From Deltaproteobacteria bacterium (GTDB lineage: Bacteria; Myxococcota_A; Polyangia; Fen-1088): a DNA stretch of 64,000 bases. The position numbers and the translations under genes were made by a program. The notes beneath the pieces were generated by a model. That model was not told the origin of the DNA and did not search any database. It saw only the letters and a list, made by a program, of their open reading frames with translations. Location: the NCBI GenBank assembly GCA_033763315.1, contig JANRKS010000031.1:128001-192000 (forward strand), written 5' to 3'. Positions 57,522-64,000 of the stretch are shown in pieces. Each line of letters begins with the position of its first letter. The first letter of the stretch is position 1.

Positions 57522-58601
57522 ATGAAGTTTTGGCGAGGATTTTGGGTGGTGGCTGCGGCGGCAGCGGTGACGGCACACATCGCGCGCGCGGATGAGCCTG
57601 CCCCTTCTGCGGAAACGGAAACCGCCAAGCCGGGTGCAAGTGCGTGGACCGCCACCGCCAGCCGCAAAAATGGCGGCGCGGGCACATTCGAGGCGCTGGC
57701 GGCGCAGGCCATGCCAGCGGTTGATCTCGGAACGTTAATCGCACCGTTTGTTGAGGACTGTGAGCACGCGCGGCGAGAGATCGACAAAGCCCGGTGCCGC
57801 GGCACCGTGTCGTTTCTACGGCAAACCATGCCGGCTCACACCTATGCGGCGATCGTGTCGGACGCGGACGCCGTGACCGTTTCGGATTACGACGCGCGGG
57901 TCAAAGGCTTTCGGGTGGGTGCCGTGGGCTGTTTGGCGTGCAAGCAACCGGTGAGCGCCGGCAAGGGCGAGGTCAAGCGTATGGTCACGCTGCGTATGCC
58001 CGACAAGAACGCGCGCACGCTGCCCAGCGCTTTGCAGGTGGCCGAGGCGTCACTGACATTCGCCGATGTGGCGGCTTCCAAAGCGTGGCTTGCTGAGGTG
58101 AGGCCAAACTTGCGCGTTCAATACATTTTCGAGCCGACGCCCACGCCGTGGACGTACGGGCCAAGCCGTGGCTTTGCGTTCAACTTGTTGGGCGCGCGTA
58201 TCTTCAACCACTGCACAGGGGAAGTGCTTTATTCGCAACCCAAGTCAGAAGGGATGGCTGACAAATACAGCGAAGGCGATGAGTGCGACGGCAACGCCAG
58301 CGGAGCGAACGGTGAAGCCGCACAAACAAAGTTAGCCGCCACCGACATCGCGCGCGGCATGCAAGCGATCAAACCCGAGCTCGATCGCTGTCACAAACAA
58401 TTTCAGCTGCGTGGGCGGGCCGATCTGGAATTTGTGATTACGGGTGCCACGGGGCTGCCGCGATCGGTGGTTGTCAAAGGCAGCTTGGGGGGCACAACTT
58501 TGGGGCAGTGTTTGACCGACGCCGCTCGCAAAGCGCAGTTCCCTCGCTTTTCGCAAGACAGCCAGTCGTTTAGCTATCCTGTTCTGTTTGAGACGCGCTA
58601 G
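57522..58601 (+). CDS. Exported protein (DUF6066-like N-terminus) with TonB_C/AgmX-like C-terminal domain
   Basis: Signal peptide MKFWRGF...ARA; C-terminal C...EFVI...CL...QFPRF...SYPVLF; family name from recollection only. Confidence 0.72.
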   Translation: MKFWRGFWVVAAAAAVTAHIARADEPAPSAETETAKPGASAWTATASRKNGGAGTFEALAAQAMPAVDLGTLIAPFVEDCEHARREIDKARCRGTVSFLRQTMPAHTYAAIVSDADAVTVSDYDARVKGFRVGAVGCLACKQPVSAGKGEVKRMVTLRMPDKNARTLPSALQVAEASLTFADVAASKAWLAEVRPNLRVQYIFEPTPTPWTYGPSRGFAFNLLGARIFNHCTGEVLYSQPKSEGMADKYSEGDECDGNASGANGEAAQTKLAATDIARGMQAIKPELDRCHKQFQLRGRADLEFVITGATGLPRSVVVKGSLGGTTLGQCLTDAARKAQFPRFSQDSQSFSYPVLFETR

Positions 58602-59745
58602 CCGGCCGTGTGCCAAGCGCAAAGCGCATCAAGCGCACTTCGATACCGCCGTTCCACAACCGGTGTGAAAATTCAGGCTGAATCGTGAGCGCACGGACGA
58701 ACGACGGATCCGGGCACAACAACACGGCATTCCAACCCCACAAGCGGTGAAACGCGGTGGCCAACTCGCGTGAGATGTCGCGCGTTTGGCGAGCGTTGCG
58801 TTCGAGCCGCTCTCCATAAGGCGGGTTTGTGCACAAGGTGCCATGTGGTGCGGGTGCCGTGAGGCTGCCAAGGTTTGCCACAGCGTATTCGATGTCGTTG
58901 CCAACACCGGCGGCCAAGGCGTTCTGTCGCAACGCCGAGATGGCTTGTGGATCGACGTCACGGGCCCAAATCGGCGCAGGTGCATGCGACAGTGCTTCGG
59001 CTTTCGCATTCTCGAGCATGGCTGGGTAGTTCGCACGCAGCGCTTCGCTTGGCCACCTTTGGAAGCCAAAGCGACGACGCGCGCCGGGCGCGATGCGACG
59101 GGCTTTGAGCGCCTGTTCGATCGCCAGGGTTCCTGAGCCTGCCATAGGATCGATGAAGGGCTCGTCGGTGGGCACGTTGCCCAGGGCCAAAATCGCGGCA
59201 GCCAACGTTTCTTTGAGCGGTGCCTCTGTCATCGCCACCCGGTAGCCACGGCGGTGCAAAGGTTCACCCGAAAGGTCCAAGAACAAGCGCGCGTGCGTGC
59301 CATTGATGTGCAGGGCCACCAAAACGTCTGGCTCTTGTGGATCGACGTTCGGTCGCTGGCCCAGCTTGTCGCGCAAAGCATCGACGATGGCGTCCTTAAC
59401 TTTGAGCCCGGCGAACTGCGAATTGATCAGCGTATCGGAGCCACTGACTTGTGCCTTGACGGCAAAGGTCTGCTTGTCAGTGAGGTGCTCATGCCAGGCG
59501 ACGGTGCGTGTGCCTTCGTAGAGCGCCTGCGCGTTCGGCGCTTGAAAATCGGCTAGCTCCAACAACACACGCATGGCTGTGCGGGCATGCAAGCACACGC
59601 GCATGCCTTCCTCGAACGTGCCGCGAAAGGACACGCCGCCGCGCGCGCCTTTGGGCGCCCGGATGCGCAGCTCCACAAGCTCGCGGCGCAGGGCGCCTTC
59701 AGCCGACAGCTCACAGGTGACGAAGAAAGGAAACAGGGTAACCAA
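58570..59745 (-). CDS. rlmL: THUMP-domain RNA m2G methyltransferase (RlmL-like)
   Basis: LHRRGYR, APLKETLAAA, DPMAGSGT, TNPPYGER; start inferred. Confidence 0.88.
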   Translation of the reverse strand: MVTLFPFFVTCELSAEGALRRELVELRIRAPKGARGGVSFRGTFEEGMRVCLHARTAMRVLLELADFQAPNAQALYEGTRTVAWHEHLTDKQTFAVKAQVSGSDTLINSQFAGLKVKDAIVDALRDKLGQRPNVDPQEPDVLVALHINGTHARLFLDLSGEPLHRRGYRVAMTEAPLKETLAAAILALGNVPTDEPFIDPMAGSGTLAIEQALKARRIAPGARRRFGFQRWPSEALRANYPAMLENAKAEALSHAPAPIWARDVDPQAISALRQNALAAGVGNDIEYAVANLGSLTAPAPHGTLCTNPPYGERLERNARQTRDISRELATAFHRLWGWNAVLLCPDPSFVRALTIQPEFSHRLWNGGIEVRLMRFALGTRPASASQTEQDS

Positions 59746-59821
59746 GGCGCCCAACTGTAGCAGACCCAATGTGGCGCAAGGCCCCTCCTTGGTGGTCGCA
59801 CCCGCGACCGTGGACCGTTTG

Positions 59822-60463
59822 TCAGCCGCCGGGGGCCTGCAACAATCCGCGGTTGAGCGCAATGGCCACGGCTTCTGTGCGGGTTTTTGCGCCGAGTTTG
59901 GCCAGCAGCCCTCCCACGTGAAAGCCTGCGGTGCGTTCGGTGACACCTAGCTTGGTGGCAATCTGTTTGTTGGTGAAGCCATGGTAAATGGCTTCGAGCA
60001 CTTGGCGTTCGCGCAAAGTTAAAGCGGGCAGCGTGAGGTGGGTGGACAGCCGCTGTTCGACGCTGGGGGGCAGATATCTTTGGCCACCGTGGACCGCTCG
60101 GATCGCATGCACGAGATCGGGGCCGCCCGTGTCTTTGGTGAGATAGCCGTGCACGCCCGCTCGCAACGCCAGCATCACGGTTTCTTCGCCGTCATAATGG
60201 GTGAGCACCAAAATGCGCGCGGCGGGGAACTCGCGTAAGACGGCCGAGGCCACGGCGGCGCCATCGAGCCGCGGCATGCGCATATCCACCACCAGCACGT
60301 CTGGAAGCAACGCCCGGTATTGTTCCACCGCACGGACCCCATCGTCGGCCTCGCCAACCACAGAGATGCCGTCTTGCACCAACAACAGGGCCTTGATGCC
60401 CGCGCGGGCGATGACGTTGTCGTCAGCTATCAGAACTCGAATGCAGGCAACAGGCGCGGGCAC
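59822..60463 (-). CDS. NarL/LuxR-family response regulator
   Basis: VLIADD, VDMRMP, GYLTK, LTLRERQVL...NKQIA HTH. Confidence 0.93.
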   Translation of the reverse strand: MPAPVACIRVLIADDNVIARAGIKALLLVQDGISVVGEADDGVRAVEQYRALLPDVLVVDMRMPRLDGAAVASAVLREFPAARILVLTHYDGEETVMLALRAGVHGYLTKDTGGPDLVHAIRAVHGGQRYLPPSVEQRLSTHLTLPALTLRERQVLEAIYHGFTNKQIATKLGVTERTAGFHVGGLLAKLGAKTRTEAVAIALNRGLLQAPGG

Positions 60464-60488
60464 GCGGCCATCATACCAGCCTCGCGCA

Positions 60489-63400
60489 TTAAGCGTGATT
60501 GTGCAGCTGGGCCGTGGGGATGTGCAGGGTGACCTCGAATCCCCCATCGGCGAGGGGCTGCGCCGCAAACGTTCCGCCCATTCGGTGTGCGCGCTCTTGC
60601 ATACCAACCAGACCGAACCCAGGGCGATCATCCGCCGGTGGCTTCGCGGCTCCAGGGGCATTGCGGATGATTAAGCGGAGGCCATCGGCGTTGCACTCTG
60701 CGTGCACATCCACCACCGGCGCGTCGCCGTGACGAACGGCATTGGTGACCGCCTCTTCAACCACGCGTGGCAGCTCATGCTCGCGGAGCCCCGACGCGGG
60801 CACCATTTCCCCCTCCCAGTGGAAGCGAACCGGGCGGCCCAGATTGTTGGAGAGTCGTGAACATTGCGTCTCCAGCACGGTTTTGAGGTTGGGGCGCGCG
60901 AGCGTGGTGGCCCGCAGATCCCAGATTGTCTCGCGCAGCTCCGCTTCGGCACGCGTTAAAATGTGGCGGCTTTCATCGAGCAGTTGCGATTCGCGCTCGT
61001 CGCGCCCGCGTTTGCCAAGCAAGTGATCCAAGCCATCTAAGTGAAACCGGACGCCAAGAAAGGCTTGGCCTAACCCATCATGGATCTCGCGAGCCAAACG
61101 TGATCGCTCTTCGTGAACGGCACGGTGCCGGGCGGCCAATTGGCTCAACCGCAAGCGATGCCACAAGAAAGCCGCACAGGCCACCAGCAGCACGATGAGC
61201 GTGCGGAACCACCAAGACTGCGCAAGAGACGGCTGTACATGAATGTGGCTTTCGCTGATGGCCGCCGTTTGCGCCCCCACACCAGCCACATACGCTTGCA
61301 CGCGAAACGTATAATCGCCGGGAGGAATGACACCATAGCGGGCGGAACGCTCTTGGCCGCCATCGATCCAATCTCTATCGAGGCCCTGCAACTGGTAGCG
61401 AAAGCGAACCGCCTGCGGCAATATGAATTCCGGTGCCGTCCACGACCATTGCAGTGACTGTGGCTTGGGTGGCACTTGCGCGTGTGCCAGATCTGCGACG
61501 GCACGGCCGTTAATCGCGAACCCTTCGAGCACCGCTTGTGGTGGCGCCTGCGTCTGGTTGGCTTCGATGATCGAGATGCCCGCGGTGGTAGAGAACCAAA
61601 GTGCGCTGGCGCTGTCGAGTGCCACCAAAGGAGGAAAGGCGGCGATGCAGATGGGGCTCCGCATGCCTGATTGTTCGTCGATGCGAAACCACCGCACGTC
61701 TTTGCGCTTGCCGTCCATGCAGTCTTCGAGTTCAGACCAGGTGGCCCTGTAGACCCCACGGTTAGACGTGGCCCAAACCCGATCACCAGTGGTGGTGAGC
61801 GAAAAGAAGCCACCCGCGGCCACGCCACAGTCGGCAGGCAGCGGTGTGAACTTATCGTCGTGCCAGCGTGCCATCGATATGCGACCCATGGTGGCAGCCC
61901 ACACGGAGCCGTTTGGCGCTTGAGTCACGGCCGTGACTTCGTTGCGCTGCAAACCAAGCTCACCGACGAAACAATGCGCTTCTGTTTGCCCGTTGCGGGA
62001 CTGCACGCGCGTCACCCCCTGTGGGCCTGCGCTCCACCACAAGGTGCCGCGTGGCGCTTCACCCGCAAAGATCTGTGGCCCGATGCAAACACCAACGAGA
62101 TCTCGCCGTGTGGCCGCCGTTATGGTGGCGTTGGGGAACGTCGACAAGCCATGGTGCTCCCATCCAATCCACAATGCGTCCGTGGCGTCCACGTACACCG
62201 AACGCACAAAGTCGTCCCTTAGCCCTTCAGTGTGGCTCAGCCTCTGGAACGCACCTTTGGCGTACCGTAAAACGGCATTGTCCGCGGAAAAATACAAGGC
62301 ATGGTTGCTTGACTCCGCAATCGAACGTGCGCTCCACACGGGCAGTTCGCTGCCATAGCGAAAGCCGATCAGTTTGTTGTCGACGCTGTGAACGATGCCC
62401 TTGGTGGTGGTGATCCATAGGCTGTCATCGTGTGCACGGTGAATCGAGAACGCCACTTCGCCCAGAAGCCCCTCGGGCGGTCCCAGATTGCGCACCGGAG
62501 GTTGAAACACCTGCGTCACGGGACCACTTCGTACCCCGAACCAATAGCTGCCCTCATGATCACGCAGCGCCGTGAGCGCATCGTGCACTTGCACCTGTCC
62601 GAACGCCGCGGGACGGCCGGGCTCGAAGCGCAGGGGCGTGCCGTTATGCATGCCGATGAGTGTTCCTTCGGGTGAGACAACAAATGGGCTCATTCCATCA
62701 CCTGCGTCTTGCAGCTTGGTGACGTTGTTGCCGCTGACGTCGAACACGCCGTCGCACGTGGACGCGAGCAGATGACGATCAGCGTTCTGAGCCAGATTAA
62801 TCACCCCGTTCAGGACCGGGCTTCCCACGTCAACCTTGCCGGCAGCGTTGATTGTGCCGAGCGCTAAGCCACGCGATGTGCCTATCCACACGTGGCGTGC
62901 GTCCACGAACAGCAGCGATGTGACGAACGCCGCAGGAAGCTGCGCTGCGGACACGATGAGCTGTGGTTTTTGTGGTGGGCCGTTGGGGGACGTTGACATC
63001 CGTGCAACGCCGCCTTCGGTGCCCAACCACACTTCTTGCGTGCCCGGCCTTTGGGCAAGGGCCCACACCCAGGGCGAGGGCAAAGCGGTCAGATCGACGT
63101 GCGTGGCCTGCCGGGCTTGCACAAGGAAAAGCTCCGGCTGCTCTGTGCGAAAACGAACGCGCAAAGGCGCGTTCCCATCCGGGTATCGTTCAAGAAAGCC
63201 TCCGCCTGTTGCCACCCACACGCCTTCGGTCGTGGCAAGAAGACGACGCGCGGGGCCCGGAGGCAAACCGGTCACTGGCGTCCATGCCACGCCATCGAAG
63301 CGTTGCACACCGTCGGTCCCCGCCACCCAAAGGTGGTGGTCTGCGGTCTGCACGATCGATTGAACGCTCAGAACTCCATCAAAGGTGCGCTTTTGCCAAC

Positions 63401-63500
63401 CGGCGGGTGCGGCCACGGGCGCGGGGATGTCCACAACGCATGCGACCATGGCCAAGGCAACCATCACCCACCGACGGGCCTGCAAGGCAAATCCACTCAT
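60489..63500 (-). CDS. Beta-propeller / Y_Y_Y periplasmic sensor histidine kinase (HisKA_3)
   Basis: Reg_prop repeats, FRYQLQGLDRDW...PPGDYTFRV, TM, ERSRLAREIHDGLGQ, EAVTNAVRH, GFGLVGMQERA. Confidence 0.92.
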   Translation of the reverse strand: MSGFALQARRWVMVALAMVACVVDIPAPVAAPAGWQKRTFDGVLSVQSIVQTADHHLWVAGTDGVQRFDGVAWTPVTGLPPGPARRLLATTEGVWVATGGGFLERYPDGNAPLRVRFRTEQPELFLVQARQATHVDLTALPSPWVWALAQRPGTQEVWLGTEGGVARMSTSPNGPPQKPQLIVSAAQLPAAFVTSLLFVDARHVWIGTSRGLALGTINAAGKVDVGSPVLNGVINLAQNADRHLLASTCDGVFDVSGNNVTKLQDAGDGMSPFVVSPEGTLIGMHNGTPLRFEPGRPAAFGQVQVHDALTALRDHEGSYWFGVRSGPVTQVFQPPVRNLGPPEGLLGEVAFSIHRAHDDSLWITTTKGIVHSVDNKLIGFRYGSELPVWSARSIAESSNHALYFSADNAVLRYAKGAFQRLSHTEGLRDDFVRSVYVDATDALWIGWEHHGLSTFPNATITAATRRDLVGVCIGPQIFAGEAPRGTLWWSAGPQGVTRVQSRNGQTEAHCFVGELGLQRNEVTAVTQAPNGSVWAATMGRISMARWHDDKFTPLPADCGVAAGGFFSLTTTGDRVWATSNRGVYRATWSELEDCMDGKRKDVRWFRIDEQSGMRSPICIAAFPPLVALDSASALWFSTTAGISIIEANQTQAPPQAVLEGFAINGRAVADLAHAQVPPKPQSLQWSWTAPEFILPQAVRFRYQLQGLDRDWIDGGQERSARYGVIPPGDYTFRVQAYVAGVGAQTAAISESHIHVQPSLAQSWWFRTLIVLLVACAAFLWHRLRLSQLAARHRAVHEERSRLAREIHDGLGQAFLGVRFHLDGLDHLLGKRGRDERESQLLDESRHILTRAEAELRETIWDLRATTLARPNLKTVLETQCSRLSNNLGRPVRFHWEGEMVPASGLREHELPRVVEEAVTNAVRHGDAPVVDVHAECNADGLRLIIRNAPGAAKPPADDRPGFGLVGMQERAHRMGGTFAAQPLADGGFEVTLHIPTAQLHNHA

Positions 63501-63582
63501 CGCCGCATTCAGTTTCGCACAGGTTGATAAGCGGTGGTCATTCCCGGATGAGCTTGCGCGCTTTTCTGTCAGACTCGGGCGC

Positions 63583-64000
63583 ATGGCAAGCGCGGATGAC
63601 GGCCTGAAGAACGAAGCCTTTCGGGAGGCTTTGGCGGAAGCGTTGGTGGGCAGCAGCGCTCGCTTGGAAAGCCTGTTGGCGCGCTACGGCGGTTTGCCCA
63701 GCGCCAAACCGAACATGCGTTTGGCGGCAGCCTTTGGCGCCGAATTGGCAAACGTTTCTCGTCCCGTGGCGAAGCTGTTGCACCGGCTTTCGGCGAACGA
63801 GGCGCTCGAAGACACCGCCGAGGCGTATCTGCCCGTGGCGGCGGCGCATGCGTGGGCGGCTTTGATTCGTGTTGGCAAAGACGTCGAGAATGCATGGTCA
63901 GAGCTTGCAGACATTGCGTCTGACGAACGTAAGCCCGTGATGTTGGGTGTGCACGACGCGCTTCTGCAGTTGGCCGTGCGCGAAGGCGGCGCCGATACCC
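63583..64000 (+). CDS. Hypothetical helical protein (partial, runs off the window)
   Basis: Translated by hand: MASADDGLKNEAFREAL...GGLPSAKPNMRLAAAF..., open to the window end. Confidence 0.65.
   Translation, partial: MASADDGLKNEAFREALAEALVGSSARLESLLARYGGLPSAKPNMRLAAAFGAELANVSRPVAKLLHRLSANEALEDTAEAYLPVAAAHAWAALIRVGKDVENAWSELADIASDERKPVMLGVHDALLQLAVREGGADT

Overview
GC-rich bacterial chromosomal window, most likely from a myxobacterium (Myxococcota). The clues are a MYXO-CTERM protein, a TIGR02266-type PilZ protein, two Hanks kinases, Gly- and Cys-rich lipoproteins and TonB_C/AgmX-like domains. It holds about 57 CDS and one tmRNA (ssrA, tag ANDNAFALAA). I saw no tRNA, rRNA, CRISPR array, integrase or transposase. 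Housekeeping genes include ftsK-lolA, sodB, uppS-cdsA, rne/rng, grxC, a moaD-moaE fusion, an rlmL-like methyltransferase, a thiolase and a short leuA. The best candidates for undescribed biology are: (1) a densely base-paired ~320-nt leader in front of the RNase E/G gene, with repeated RNase E-type cleavage motifs; (2) a co-oriented PEGA protein / lid-less Hsp70 / J-protein / Ser-Thr kinase cluster followed by a tandemly duplicated, translationally coupled lipoprotein pair; (3) an Oma1-like M48 protease operon with three AIM24 paralogues; (4) a CesT-like chaperone / PspA / REC-DUF4388-pseudo-J-TPR / thiolase operon. All family assignments come from motif recognition by eye, not database searches. 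Several start codons were moved from the ORF track.
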